Shown: piece by piece, positions 1-13,378 of the stretch
Position numbering within the stretch: position 1 is the stretch's first letter
Layout: every line of letters begins with the position of its first letter
Assembly: GCA_051362555.1 (NCBI GenBank)
Contig: CM120648.1
Span: 9,730,587-9,794,586 of the forward strand
DNA: 64,000 nt
Direction: 5' to 3'
DNA from: Lingula anatina
Taxonomy: Eukaryota > Animalia > Brachiopoda
Translations under genes and position numbers: made by a program
Notes under the pieces: generated by a model
Told to the model about the DNA's origin: nothing
What the model saw: only the letters and a program-made list of their open reading frames with translations
Database searches by the model: none

Positions 1-817
1 TTAAATTTGTGTTTCCAGCTGTGTACTGACAGCATTCCTTTACTTAAGCAGTTTTTTTTTTTTTTTTGGACTGTTTTTTTTTTTTCGCCCTCTCGCACCG
101 ATTTTGGGGTACCCAGAGGATGTCATCCATAAAAATAAAAAAGTGTGGCCTTATTATTGTATTTTGGCTTATTGATTGAAGGTACTGAGGAACAACAATT
201 GAGGTTGACACATTTAGCTGGTATTTTTCATTTTACTGTGGTCTTTTGTTATTAAATCTTTTCTAGTGAACAGAGTCTGTTTGTAGAATAAATTAGAAAT
301 TGTCTCCATCTTATGCCCAGACCAAAAATATTAGAGAAATAAGGGAAAGATAATATGTATGCACGTAAAAATACTAACTGTAATATCTAACCAAGACGGT
401 GATTAATCCGATTGTGGTAGGGTCGATAAAAATAACAAGATTTTCAATGTTTTTGTGAGTTGTGTCAAAAAATTGTCTATTAAGTCAAAATGTTCTGTGT
501 ATACAGTTGTTGGCTATAACACAGCGAGGGGATAAGGTGTAATAATTCTACTCAAAAATTGGAAAATTAGGAAACAATTCTCAATCAAGTGAATTTACCT
601 TGAGGCTTAAACTTTTTCTAAGAGAAGTGGCACAGGAAGTCTATTATCCAAAAGCAATTTTAAAATATAGCCAAGCAAACATAGTAATAATAGATTTATA
701 GATCTAACTAACATCTTTTTGCATGTGAGGCTCTTTATTTTTCTCAAAAAACTAATTGTTTTGCGTGTTAGCACACTATCGTAGATTTTAACACATGGTA
801 GATTAGGCAGTGTGCAG

Positions 818-862
818 TCACACCCATGCACGCACCTGCACACTCTAATGGGCACGACTTTT
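818..862 (+). CDS. Candidate 45-nt alternative microexon of the Eph juxtamembrane region (xTPMHAPAHSNGHDF)
   Basis: tgcag|...|gtactt, phase 1-1, frame-preserving. Encodes SNGH, similar to the NGH upstream of PGxRTYVDP in vertebrate EphA. Four TGCATG motifs lie just downstream. Splice sites are weak. Confidence 0.35.
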
Positions 863-1643
863 GTACTTGTTGTCTTTGCATGCTGCATGTGTTGTGGTTC
901 TTATTATTGCATGTTTGTACAGTAGAATATATTATAATTGTTATATTCTGTCATTGTGATCAGAATGCATGCGTTCAAAGGTTGCTTAATCCTAAATATT
1001 TATATGTGTAGATTGCTGCTTTGAAGATTTTAAAGATCAGATTGAGATGAAACTATGCTTTAAATGTTTAGCATGCTTGCAATAAAGAAATTGTCTCCTG
1101 TCGATTTTTACTGCATCTCTACAAACAATTTTATTATGAAGGTACTGGTTCTATAAGGACCTTATTAATAATAGATAGAGGTGTTACCATGTGGAGATAA
1201 CTTGTGAATGTTACAAGAACACAACATGAGTTTTAAAAAATTCTTTCAAGAAATTAATCTGGAAATTTTTAATATGAAGACATTTACGCTTATTACCTAT
1301 TTCTTCCCTATTGCTCCACTGTAGCTTTTATACATTGAGTTTATATTTTTGATGAGGTTACTATACAAAATTCATTTTCACTTAATTTTAAGTAGGTTTA
1401 GACTTTTCTTTTTTAGTCTACCTGCTTCTACTCCACAAATAATTCCCTTTTGTATTGAAAATTCATACATTTTTAGTGAAAAGTTAGGTCTGATTTTGGA
1501 AGCTGTTGGCCCCCTGTATTGCCTAGGTTCATTCATTGTTTCTCCACCTATGGTACATCTATGTCTATTATTTATTATCGTAAAAACCCTGTGAATTCCG
1601 GGTTTCTTATGTTGCGTTTCTTTTTTCTCTCCCACACTAACAG

Positions 1644-1691
1644 TTCAGTACCCGCCTCCTGTTATCGTTGACACGCACATGAATGGAAGTT
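1644..1691 (+). CDS. Eph: Eph receptor 48-nt juxtamembrane exon (xQYPPPVIVDTHMNGS)
   Basis: Pyrimidine tract plus actaacag acceptor and gtaagt donor. Phase 1-1, in frame with the exon at 2877. Confidence 0.65.
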
Positions 1692-2876
1692 GTAAGTATT
1701 CGCAGAAAAAAAAAGCGTTTTTGTAGAACGCAACATTGCATGCAGTTGCTTTTTTGTAACCAATGCCGAAGGTAAACTGTGCTCATTTCATCATTCACAT
1801 TGGATTATGAAAATTTTTTATTGTGAAATTAAATTCAAAATAACAGAAATAGCAGATAACTGAAAAGAATTAATAAAAATCATTTTATGGCCAATCAAAA
1901 CAAAAAGATGGAGTGAGCCCAGTCCTGTAGTACCATGTTTTGCTGACTCATTTATGGAAGTTTGTATAATGAGTGTATATATGATTTGCATATATATATA
2001 CACAGAAAAATAATTTTTTCCCCAAAAACTTATATTTCAAGTCAGCCATGGTAACTACTTGACTGTCATATTGAGGGTATGGGGCTTCAGTAATACATAT
2101 GAAACCACTGAAATTTTTGAACAAAAAATGGTTATTTTCTTCTGTACTTACTGTGGTAGGCATTGTATGCCATTTTCAGAACTTGAATAAAAGAATTATG
2201 ATTGAAATTTTCAGTGGCTTCAATGATTAATTTTATCCTTGAACTGAATTGGCTTAGAGTGTATAGTTTATCAGGTGCATAGGTCAATAAGTGCAAAGGT
2301 CAGTGGGTGCAATTTTTTGGTCTATGTAGAGTGTGCTTTTGGGGATTTTTAACCAACCTATAAGGCTCTGATATCAAACAGTTCGTGCAAAAATATTATT
2401 GCAGGCTTAAGAAACGAGAGATCTAAAGGGACAAGAATCATATATCATGCATAAGAATGGTGTAATATCTTGCTTTGTTCGACTCTAACTTTGAAATTAC
2501 ACTTTCTACTTTAATGATAAATGTATAAATACTTTTTGAAGAAATTTGCCCCAGTCCCTTTCATTTGGACTATAGAATTTAATTCAAGGTCTATAAAGAT
2601 GTTAGAGACTTAACATTATATTTTTAAAATCTTGAGTTGCTCTACAATAGTGAGAGCCATTGAGACTGTGCTAAAGTATATTTTAACACAATGTAGCAAG
2701 CTTCATAACTTGTAGGTAATAGGGAAAGATTTCAAACTGATCAGGATAAACTTAGTTAGATTTACAAATACTATAACTCTACTTTTACTTTTTTAGTTGC
2801 TGTGTCATTCTGTGTATCTTAAATTTTAAGAAAAATTTTTGAAGACTACATGGGCATTGTGTCTTTAACTTTCCAG

Positions 2877-3017
2877 TGACAATGCCTCTTTTTGCGCCCC
2901 CTGGTGTTCGTACCTATGTCGACCCTCACACGTACGAGGACCCACAACAGGCCGTCAGAGAATTTACCAAAGAGATTGATGCTTCTTTCATCACCATTGA
3001 ATCTGTAATTGGAGGAG
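2877..3017 (+). CDS. Eph: Eph receptor exon: juxtamembrane tyrosines and kinase start
   Basis: ccag| encodes [46 protein letters not shown] |gtac. [10 protein letters not shown] is the Eph signature. Confidence 0.95.
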
Positions 3018-3160
3018 GTACGTAACTGTTAGATTTTATTCGAAATTATAGATTTTTGATTTGTTTTAGCAAAATAATTAGGGAAAAATTTATAGATTTC
3101 AAGTGAACCAAGAGTTTTATATTTTAACAAGGAAGTATATTGGATATCTTAAAATCATAG

Positions 3161-3408
3161 GTGAATTTGGTGACGTCTGCAAAGGCAAGTTGAGAGTTCC
3201 TGGCAAAATGGAGCTGAGCGTAGCTATAAAAACCCTGAAACCTGGTGCATCAGACAAGAGCCGCATGGACTTCCTGACAGAGGCAAGCATCATGGGACAG
3301 TTTGACGACCCAAATGTGATCTATCTGGAGGGAGTGGTCACAAAGAGTAATCCCATCATGATTATCACTGAATTTATGGAGAATGGCGCATTGGATCAGT
3401 TTTTGAGG
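3161..3408 (+). CDS. Eph: Eph receptor kinase exon (GEFGDVC...VAIKTLK...DQFLR)
   Basis: atag|gt...agg|gtatgt; Gly-loop and VAIK lysine. Confidence 0.95.
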
Positions 3409-3553
3409 GTATGTAGATTTGATCTTTTTTCTAGACATATTTCTTAGATCATTCTATATTTTTTTATTTGTTTAAAACCTGCAGCTTCATCATTTTTAAA
3501 TGATCAAATGTGAAATAGTTTTTAAAACATGCTGTAAATGTTTTTATTTCCAG

Positions 3554-3652
3554 ACCAATGATGGTAAGTTCACCATCATCCAGTTGGTGGGGATGCTGCG
3601 AGGAATTGCTTCTGGAATGAGATACCTCTCTGAAATGGGATATGTTCACAGG
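3554..3652 (+). CDS. Eph: Eph receptor kinase exon (TNDGKF...GYVHR)
   Basis: ccag|acc...agg|gtaagt; 99 nt, phase 0. Confidence 0.95.
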
Positions 3653-3885
3653 GTAAGTGAAAAGAAAACCTCCTTTTGCAAATATATATTCATAATAATT
3701 TATTTTAAAGTAAATTCATGTCCTTTTGTATGTTTTCAAATCGCACTTGCTGGCAGTGCCTTGCTGCTCATGAAATATAAAAATCTCAAACAGCATGCCA
3801 AAGTAAAATACATAAATAAGTCTTAGTTAAGTTTGTTACTTTTGCATGGACATAAATATGATATGTTTTATTATTTGATTCCCAG

Positions 3886-3999
3886 GACTTGGCTGCTAGG
3901 AATATCTTAGTCAATGACAACCTTGTATGCAAAGTGGCTGACTTTGGCTTGTCAAGAGAAATTGAGAGTGACACAACCGACGGAGCCTACACAACAAGG
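3886..3999 (+). CDS. Eph: Eph receptor kinase exon (DLAARN...DFGLSR...AYTTR)
   Basis: ccag|gac...agg|gtaagg; completes HRDLAARN and carries DFG. Confidence 0.95.
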
Positions 4000-4272
4000 G
4001 TAAGGCCATGTTGCTTTTTGAAGATATTTTGTAAAAGTGATGTAGTTGACTCCTTTCTGGAAATTTTATTACGCATATTGCTGTAAGTTTTGAGCGAAAA
4101 GAAACAATCTTATTATGGAAAAATACTTTGTTACATATAGTACCAACAGCTTTCTTTGCCTTCAAAATGGCCTCCACTCACCAGGTGGGGCTAGTGAGGT
4201 CACATTGTGCAGTTTGTGTAAGATGTGACAGGACAGGACATGACTTATCACAGATAAAACTCTTCTTTACAG

Positions 4273-4467
4273 GGAGGTAAGATTCCAGTGAGGTGGACAG
4301 CACCAGAAGCAATCTCCTTCCGCAAGTTCACGTCGGCATCTGATGTCTGGAGCTATGGAGTGGTTGCATGGGAGGTGATGTCATATGGCGAGCGGCCATA
4401 TTGGAACTGGTCGAACCAAGATGTTATCAAAGCTGTGGACAAGGGATACAGGTTGCCCCCTCCTATG
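4273..4467 (+). CDS. Eph: Eph receptor kinase exon ([12 protein letters not shown]...RLPPPM)
   Basis: acag|gga...atg|gtgaga; 195 nt. Confidence 0.95.
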
Positions 4468-4780
4468 GTGAGATTTATAGGTTTATAATTATGATGAAGG
4501 GTTTTTTATCTAAAAGCTCTGATTAAATGCAAAATGATTATAAATATTAAGTTTTATAAATGTTATGAAGGGTTTCATTTATAAGTGTTTTGTAGAGTTG
4601 TGATGATGTTAGAAATTTGTTTCACAAGTTTACCTTGAGTTGGAAAACCTGTTATTTATCATTTTGTGATGTCAGATAAGATAAAATTTCTGTGAAAAAA
4701 TGCCATTGCCAAATTAAAATGAAAAAATAACAGAACAATTGAAATTTTACCAATAATAAACAATCTTTTATTTGCTGCAG

Positions 4781-4923
4781 GACTGTCCCGAGGCCACTCA
4801 CGTGTTGATGCTGGACTGCTGGCAGAAGGAGAGGAACCAAAGACCAAAGTTTGCCCAGTTGGTGAAGACTCTAGACAAACTCATCCGCTCACCTGAACTC
4901 CTGAGAAAACTCGCTAAGTCTAG
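4781..4923 (+). CDS. Eph: Eph receptor exon, kinase C-lobe end (DCPEA...LAKSR)
   Basis: gcag|gac...ag|gtcagt; phase 2 end. Confidence 0.93.
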
Positions 4924-5235
4924 GTCAGTTTGCCACAAGTATTGGCAGACAGCATGATTAAGAGGCAAAAAAGATTGTAGTGTTTACATTATGACAAAAG
5001 TTAAAATGTTAACATTTCACTGAAAAAACTGAAAAGAAAGACATAGCTGGAAAGTGTATTTCAAAAACAGTGTTGCTCCTTGTTCTTGTTTGGTTTTAAA
5101 ACATAGGAAATATGATATGAAAATACAGCATGACACAAAAAGCCTTCTTAAACCTTTTTTTTTTCACCAAAATGTATCAAGTCATCTTTCTGATACCTGT
5201 TTTCATACGATAACCAATAAATCATGTATTTTTAG

Positions 5236-5509
5236 GCCTCATAACATCTTCGATCCAAGTGTGCCTGATATGACTCGCTTCACCAGCATCGAGGAGTGGC
5301 TCTGCAGCATAAAGATGGAGCGTTATTTAGACAATTTCTTGCAAGCAGGTTACGAAAATATGGAACAAGTGTCCAGGATCACAGTCACGGAACTGGCCCA
5401 TTTGGGCATCACTCTCGTTGGACATCAAAAGAAAATCATGAATAGCATACAGACTCTACGAGCACAGCTAAGCGGTGCTGTTCAAATGTCGGAAGGTTTC
5501 CTTGTATGA
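5236..5509 (+). CDS. Eph: Eph receptor last coding exon: SAM domain and PDZ-binding-like tail (SEGFLV*)
   Basis: ttag|g then PHNIFDPSVPD...SIEEWLCSIKMERY...LGITLVGHQKKIMNSI, a typical Eph SAM domain. Stop TGA at 5507-5509. Confidence 0.95.
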
Positions 5510-8500
5510 TGAAAGTGGAACAGGGAGCGGAATTTAGGTATTACTGACAAGTCCGAGGTGTCCAATATGGTGACAGTTACTCATGGTTGTGTGTACGTAT
5601 GTGAATAGATATATACATATACATAAAGAAATATCAAAAACAAGACCATGGATATATTTATATATATATATAGATCACAGATTATGGATATTATCAACCA
5701 TGAAGTGGATAAAATATCCACGTTGAACTATGGATATGTCATGGATTCTTCACATATGTATATATAATTCTCGGGAACTTGTCAAACAAGTAGAGAAATG
5801 AACTACAGCCTGTCTTGCACAAATTTCACAGCAAATGGCTCCACCTGCTGAGCTGTGTCCTGTCTTGCACTGATCACACAGCATGGCCTCGCTAGCACCT
5901 CCTGGTGAGTGATGGCAGAGACAGTGCCGTGTGCAACAGACCGTAACATGCGTGGTGCGATTACAAAGTGCTTCTTAGCAACCCTGACCACGCACAAATA
6001 TAAAAAGCAAGTCCAGATGGAAGGATCACACGATAAATAAGGACCACTTATTCCAAGTACCATCCTCCAAAAGGGTATGTGGATATATTAGCCTGTAGGA
6101 TAAAAGCGCAGATGGAGATTATTGTAACTCGTACAGGTCAGAGAGAAACCTGTTATGCGCCTGTTCCACATAGACGCTTATCCCAGTGGTAATAAGGTGG
6201 AATGCTTGAAACTGCAGCACCTGTTGCTAAGAGTGGGACAGAAATAAATCATTATTAATTGTGATATATCAAGTGTGATTAGACAAATAGGCACTTTATT
6301 ATGTTATTAGAAGCCAGTGGTGAAGACGAGAGAACCTGTCAACTGATGTTTTAAAAGCTAGATTGTTAATTAGCATAATTATGATACATTCTCTAGGCTT
6401 ATTTCATACAAAAAATAGATATTAACAGACTATGCCATAAAAAAAATTAGTGTATATGTTAAGTACTTGTTGTTGCCTTAAATATGACGATCATGTAGTT
6501 GTTGACTCAGACAAGGATGCCCTATGTAATGGTACATGACTGGTTTCAATGTATGGACTGGTTTCAGATAAACAATCTAGGGACAGAAATAGTTTCTGTT
6601 GGGGGGGATTGTTTGTAAAGGATGCTGCCTAGTGGAAGATATTACTTTACTGAAAGGAGGGGTGAAAGCTGGTTTATATGGGCTTGGTGTCAAATAGGTG
6701 TTTTACCCTTGGGGGGGGGGGGGGGGAAGGAACTTATTAATTACTTAACCCTGTGACAGAGATTTAAGTGATTCCTTAATGGATTAAAAAACACCACAGC
6801 TAGAGAAACAATTATAGAGTGATACATTTGTATTTCGGTTATATTGAATACCTTCCACAAGTTATCAATTTCTTCAAGAATGATGGACTAGTTTTTGGGA
6901 CTGCATATATTCATATTTGGTGAGGCGGTGTAGAAATTGTGAATCACCACTGGCCACAGCACCGTTTCTCTCATAGAAGATCATTAAAATGTCAGTTATT
7001 TTCACGCAGTTATAACAGCACAAATCACTAATAATCAGTTGCAGCAGTAGTGATACAACAAGGACTTATACAGTGGTATTCCGCCTTGTGCCTTCTGGAA
7101 TTTCTGGAAGATTTTTTATGGTCAGCTTTATGGAGTTGACCATGCTGTGTATGATTTGGATTAAAATACACGGGAATATATCACCTGAAATACTGAAATA
7201 ATTTGTATACTTTTTATCCAACCTTTTTTAGGAAGGCTACATTAAATATTCAATTAGTTAAATCAGTAAGAGAATGTAATAAGTACATGGCAATATGACA
7301 TAATTTCCAAGACTTGTCTTTGTATTGTCACTGATGCTGTAACTGACAGTTGTAATGTCACATGCACTTAGGAACAATGGACTATGACAGTGCAAATGCT
7401 GTACAGCACACAATGTTACATGTAACGTTGTCAGCAATGTTGTACATATTTTAATCAAATTTTTTTGTGGATTTTTTTTATATGGGTGCCAGCATATACT
7501 GCTACTTGTACATAAGTATTTCCATTTTGTATATAGTTATACATACAGTATCAAGGGTATTCTTTTTCTTTGTTGTTTTAGATGTATATATGGTTTATTT
7601 ATTCCAGTTCGGTATACATGGAATTTTGCAATGAATGTCTTGAAAGGTGAATTACTTACAGGTTAAAACTCCACCAGTGCAAACTGTTGTAGAAATGTTG
7701 GCTGTAAATGTACACTATTTTTGATGATGTCATCTTTTGTTGGCAACTTTTGATGATGTCATCATTGCAGTGGTTTGATGATGTCTTCATCATGGATATA
7801 TTTTGATGACAATTTGATAATGGTTTTATTAGGTTAAGTGTCACAGTCAAGGTGTCAGTCACAGTTTTATATAATCTGTGTATTTTTGTTTCAGTTTTTA
7901 AAAGGAAGCGTGTAAAGCTTTATCATGATGAAATGTTTAACTTTGACTTGAACCTCTGTCTGAGATTTATATCTTTTTGTATATTTTTTTCTGCATTTGT
8001 TAAAAAACAATGTACTCTTTTAAGAGCATTTTGCAGTTGTACACTTTTAAGTCACAATGCTAATAAGGTCATTATTTTCATGTTTTGTCAGATGCCACTG
8101 GCAATGTTTCCTGTAGAATAACTCTGAAAAAAAAAAAACTTATTTAACCAACAGATCTTAAAACATTGACAACACAATACACCAAGAACGCTGGTAGCAT
8201 TAGTAATGTACCGAAGTGATCGGAATTGTCTCCTTAAATATCTTGCCAATATGACGAACATATAGAACTGGAAAATTATGAGATTTTTTTTTAATCGGAT
8301 ACAATTGAACATCACAAATTGATCGGTTAATAGATAAATAGACTTAACCAATAGATTAATTCCTGATGTTTGATCACTTTTTGCTAAGTATATTATTGTT
8401 CTGTTACTAAACCAATATCATACATTTCATAATGTTACCAGTCAATTCACGTGACAAGCAGAATGGTCTATGCAAAGAAAATGACTTAAGAATTTATATC

Positions 8501-9085
8501 AAGTTCTGTTACCCCAAGTTAATACCAAAGGGTAATGGCTTTTATACATATATACTCCTTCTGTGTATCCAGACAGTGTTGTTGATTGATAGTATATCAG
8601 TTTTTGGTCTGATTATGTTTATTCTTCATTAATGATATTGTGCAAGATCTCACCATTATTGAGCATTTTTGAGGCATTGTGAGGCTAACACGATTTAAGT
8701 ATCAAGTATCCTGTATTATGGAAGAAATACTTATAAATGATGCTGAGTCATCAGTATACAAGTTTCGCATCAGTTGATTTGAGAGGAAATTTGCATATCA
8801 TTTTAGAACATTGTTTACCTTAATTATACACTTAATGGACTTCTGCATGTCGGCTGAAGCTGCTTTAGTAGTGCTGTTAGAAAAAAAAAACAGACTTGCG
8901 AATAGATGATATTATATTGCATCATGCTGTCTGAAATATGAGAGAAATTGTGACACTGTCATTTAACTTGTATATGTGGGCTGCATGTATATACTATTCA
9001 TTATTTGATACTGCGCCTTGTTGTTCTGTATATGTTCATATCAGTCATTATACATATTGAATAAATATTTTGTACCAAAAAGAAC
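5510..9085 (+). other. Probable long (~3.5 kb) Eph 3'UTR
   Basis: No credible ORF or recognisable transposon. AATAAA at 9060-9065 is followed by T/GT-rich downstream sequence. Confidence 0.5.
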
Positions 9086-10036
9086 GTTTTTTTTTGCCTG
9101 TGGTTCACTTTTCTCTCTGTTTTTTTTTTTTTTTTTAATAAAGAAGAGTGTCACTTTGTTGAACCTGAAAATGAATACAAGATGATGTCTGGTCATTTGC
9201 ACTTGCTTTCTGTGCATTTTGACCACTTCAGGGTACAAGGGGATTATCGTTATGGGTCTTGATGTCGTTGGCGCGACGTAAGAGAGCATTCACAACAGCA
9301 GACCAACAGATGCGAGGATCAAATATGGCTGAACCACTTGAGTGCTTGATGCGCAATCCCCACGGAGGATCAGGGTACTAATGCCCAAATTTTAGTGTGC
9401 TCACACATTCACCACTGCTAATATCCCTTTTAAAACGGTCACCGTAATGGGCTATGAATAGCGATTAACACGAATATTCAATTAAACTCAAGTTAGAAGA
9501 AATAAATGAGTTAAGCAAAAACTTAAAGGACCGGTGTAACGAAAATGAGGGTCCGTGTAACAGAAAGTCCGCCCTCCGTATAGTTCAAATGGTTAGGATT
9601 AACCTGACCTAAGTGGGCCACAGCCTAGGGTGAGGCTTTGGCCTACCTGTGAAAAGGAATGGGAAGCAGACTGTGTATCGTTGGGGAATCTATGTCACGT
9701 TACACAGGCCAACCCCCAATACCAAGCATATGGTTCTACCAATATTGATCATAAGTCAACGTCACATTTGAAAATACATTATAAAACATTACAACCCCAT
9801 TATTTCGTTTCGATATTGGGGGGGGGGTCTGCTTTTTAAAAATCGGTTTACAAGCGTTGAAAAGCCAATTATGAATGAAAAGAAATATATTTATATATAT
9901 ATATATATATATATAGTCCAGCTTAATTCAATCTGAAATACACATTTCAGCCACTGCTCTGTAGTTTGAACAAAAAAAAATGTATTTCTAAATACATTTC
10001 TTATATGTAGGCCTATTAATATTGTTAAAGAAACTA

Positions 10037-11518
10037 TTAAAAGTGCTGATCAATCCTATCCAAAACCCGGTCCAATTTGACAAGGTCAACAATAACGTCA
10101 CCATTCCGTGTTTCTGCTTTATTATAAATTCTCCAATACGACTGATTCAACATATTGCACATGGACCAAAAGATCGAGTGAGCTATACCCGGGGGGATTG
10201 GGTTACCCGCACCATCTGACGGAAGTATTTCTACAACGCTGACGTCACTTGAGGCAAAATTTAGATTATAGAGGGCGCCTCCGTGAACACCAATCAGGAC
10301 GCGCGCACGCCCAAAAACGCTCACAGATGTTGTGAGGTTGTACCTTCCCGGGTAGACTATTACTCTGTCTTTCCGGTATCTTTTCTCTAGGAATGCTAGA
10401 ACTTCTATCTGGTTCAGCATATTTCTTCCCCCATTATGGCTCTGCTTTCTGGTTAACAAAATGATATATGCCTCCTCACGAGGTACAGGGAGTTTTTCAG
10501 GAGCGTTCATGAGTTTGTGTGCATTTTGCCACAGGGTCGGGTGTAACGGCGGCGTAATACACGTGTAGATCATCTTCCTTGCTGCATAAATTCTACCAGC
10601 GTGGAAAAGAATCTTATCTTTCCCGATTCCAAGTGCTTCCAAGATCTCCAATATAATTACATCTCTACTTAAAGGTATCAAGATTTTTACGCCTTTGTTC
10701 CGCAACAAATCAAGCGCTTGGACAATCTTGGGTAGAATACCGTCTAAGAAATGTTGGAAGGAGGATCCACCGGGAACTATAAGAGGACAGAGAATGTCAA
10801 CATGGACAGCAGCAGTCGAGGATAAATTTTCTGACTTTATTTCATCAAAAGGGCTCTTCCATCCACAGTTGGATCGACTTATTGACTTATTGAAGATGCC
10901 ATTGTCAATTATCCGTATTACTCCCCTCAGTTGTTCGGCGCTCTGTTGCATTAGTTCAACGTTGAGAGGATGTTTGTGGAACTTTTCTAAGTCCTCCTCG
11001 TCCACACAGTTCGGTTCGGCCATTTTGAATGCGCCATATTTAAATGTCAATTCTCTGGGGAATGTTTCAATTGAAATTGGTTTGCTGCGTCCAACTAGAG
11101 GTAAACTTATTTCCGTTTGCTGCACGTGGCTTTTGAAATTGTGGGGTTCGTTAGATTCCTTTATTACTTTGTCTGTATTAGAAGCTTCGATACGTTTGGT
11201 GTTCAGATTGTTTAAGGCAAATTCGCTGCCTCGTGTGTACCGTTTCCTGTGTCTGCTGTGTACACCAGGAGAGTTTCTCCTTTCTGGAGTGTCCTCGAGA
11301 TCACGTGACTTATCTGTATTGTCCCTGTTCATTTTCATATTAATCAATCGAGCTTGAGAGTACATTTTAGTGGAGTCATACTGCTCATTATTTTCCAAAT
11401 TAGACATACTTTTCTTGTCAGTGACAATAAAGACCCCACTTAGGTAGATTTGTACAAGGATGTAGACTAATAGCGCTACATAGATCACTTGAAGAAGGGG
11501 GGCATTTTTAGAAGACAT
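10037..11518 (-). CDS. Glycosyltransferase family 61 (DUF563)-like type II membrane protein, copy 1, 493 aa, single coding exon
   Basis: Short N-tail, TM LLQVIYVALLVYILVQIYLSGVFIV and a stem, then FQHFLDGILPK, R-x-M-x-N and IGVHGGALYNLNF...VVEI motifs matching the GT61 HGAGLxN pattern. Confidence 0.85.
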   Translation of the reverse strand: MSSKNAPLLQVIYVALLVYILVQIYLSGVFIVTDKKSMSNLENNEQYDSTKMYSQARLINMKMNRDNTDKSRDLEDTPERRNSPGVHSRHRKRYTRGSEFALNNLNTKRIEASNTDKVIKESNEPHNFKSHVQQTEISLPLVGRSKPISIETFPRELTFKYGAFKMAEPNCVDEEDLEKFHKHPLNVELMQQSAEQLRGVIRIIDNGIFNKSISRSNCGWKSPFDEIKSENLSSTAAVHVDILCPLIVPGGSSFQHFLDGILPKIVQALDLLRNKGVKILIPLSRDVIILEILEALGIGKDKILFHAGRIYAARKMIYTCITPPLHPTLWQNAHKLMNAPEKLPVPREEAYIILLTRKQSHNGGRNMLNQIEVLAFLEKRYRKDRVIVYPGRYNLTTSVSVFGRARVLIGVHGGALYNLNFASSDVSVVEILPSDGAGNPIPPGIAHSIFWSMCNMLNQSYWRIYNKAETRNGDVIVDLVKLDRVLDRIDQHF

Positions 11519-12294
11519 CTTCGAGTAATTTCTGATTGGAACTCTGGAAATGTCAAACGAGTGTCGTTATGGTAATTGCTTTATGGGCCTTGAAACGTCC
11601 AAATTGCAAAGCCGATCCTCCTGCAAAACAAGGTAGAGAATTATGAAAATTTACTGAATTAAACACTATACGGTTTTGGTATTGGCGCCGACTGGCATAA
11701 ATTTGTTCTCATAATGTTTTTATAGTACCATCAAAACGGATCAAAAGCAGGGCGTGGACAGTTTGATATTGACGTAACACAACGGCGACGTTACGTTTCC
11801 AGGTTCAACTACTAGAAATCCTCTTATAGCAGTCAACTTGAAGCTCTTGGTAGAAATTCAGCTAATTTGTTTTTAGGGAATTTTCAAAGCCACCTTTAAA
11901 TGAGAGAACAGGCAGGGTCCAAAAAAGGAAGAGGTTGTAAAGATCACATTTTGTTCACTGACGTAGTATGCCGTTTGTTAGAGAAATAATCTATATGTGA
12001 GTGAAAATAATTTTTTCTAAAGTTATAGATAACCTGCGACTGGCTGCATGCTTTGCATCTAATTGAAGATAGGTCACCATGGAGAGAAAGTTACTTCTAA
12101 CTTCAACATCTTGTAATCATTCTGCACACGTTTGGGAATGGCAATTAATGTTAATAGGCCTTAATTCATGGAAATTTATGTTGACTAGAGGGTCTGGATG
12201 TTTGTGTGCCATTATTTAAATGATAGCAAATGTCATGTTTTTATCGCAAGCCTTATAGACGTATTAGTCAACAGCAATAAGACCCCATCCCGAT

Positions 12295-12515
12295 TAGATT
12301 GATCTAGCAGGATGGACCCATCTCCGAGGGGTTTCTCGCTAAGCAACATTCAGCTTAAGCGGCTCTAATGTCTGGCATGCCTACTGAAACTGTTAGGGGG
12401 TAATTAACTTATCGTTAAGCAGCTTCAGTAGGCGTGCCAGTCATCTTATCCGCTTTAGCTGAAGCAATTTAGCGAGAATCACCTCGAAGATGGGTCGCTC
12501 CTGCTAGATTGAATT
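12295..12515. mobile_element. Degenerate palindromic MITE-like element
   Basis: atctagcagga...cccatct...ctcgctaa...ctggcatgcctactgaa is mirrored by ttcagtaggcgtgccag...ttagcgag...agatggg...tcctgctagat. Related copies lie at ~21870-22300. Confidence 0.6.
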
Positions 12516-12729
12516 AGGGGTCTATGGGACCATACCCACATATATTTGGATCTTGTCTTCCTGGGGAGTGTAACTAAATTGCTATCAAACAAACCGGCTT
12601 AAACGTCTGTCACGCCTAGTAAAGCTCTTAGGGGGTAATCATCTCTACCCCTAGGTAAGTCCCGTACCCCTTGAAATTGATGACTTTAAGCCTGAATTGA
12701 GATCTTACAAAAATAATTATTGATAAAAG

Positions 12730-12768
<39 letters not shown>

Positions 12769-13378
12769 ACATTTAATTGTGATAGGTGTGTGCCCATGAA
12801 TTATCAAAGGGGATTTTTTTCTGAAAAGGTGGACTTTTTACTATGAAACCTTCATGTACCTAGATAAAATTTTTCCCGACAAAAAGGGGTTCTTTCGACC
12901 CCCCCCCCCCCTCCACCGGCTACGGGCCTGTGTGATAACAGAGTTTCTCAGTCAAACACTGCGGCCACTTTACAGCCGATCTGGCTTTGTTTAAAATCAC
13001 ATCGCCCTCTTAATTACTCAACAGACTGATTTTAATTTACCTTCGTTAAAGCTATTTCAATGATTGTTAATGATGTAATAGAATCAGTTTGTCTCTTTTG
13101 TTTCAAATGCGTTTGCTATTTCACTCAAAGCCAAACATATATTCGGTCCTGTTGCCATCGGAATGCATTTATTATATTCACCGAATACTTTTGTCCGCAT
13201 CTTATATAATTTCTTTTGGGACTAAAATCAGAATATTAAATCGTTCATAATTCTTTGGAAATAATGCAAACTAACTAACTTATGCGGACGCCATTTTGTA
13301 ACAGGTATGCTCTATGGAATAGTTAACAGATGATGAGGTTTTACTTAAACTAATATTCACTTTAAAGGGTGTACATAC

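Noticed and set aside
10695-11357. 220-aa plus-strand ORF opposite GT61-1
   Set aside because: It is an antisense shadow and is interrupted in the paralog (only 68 aa).
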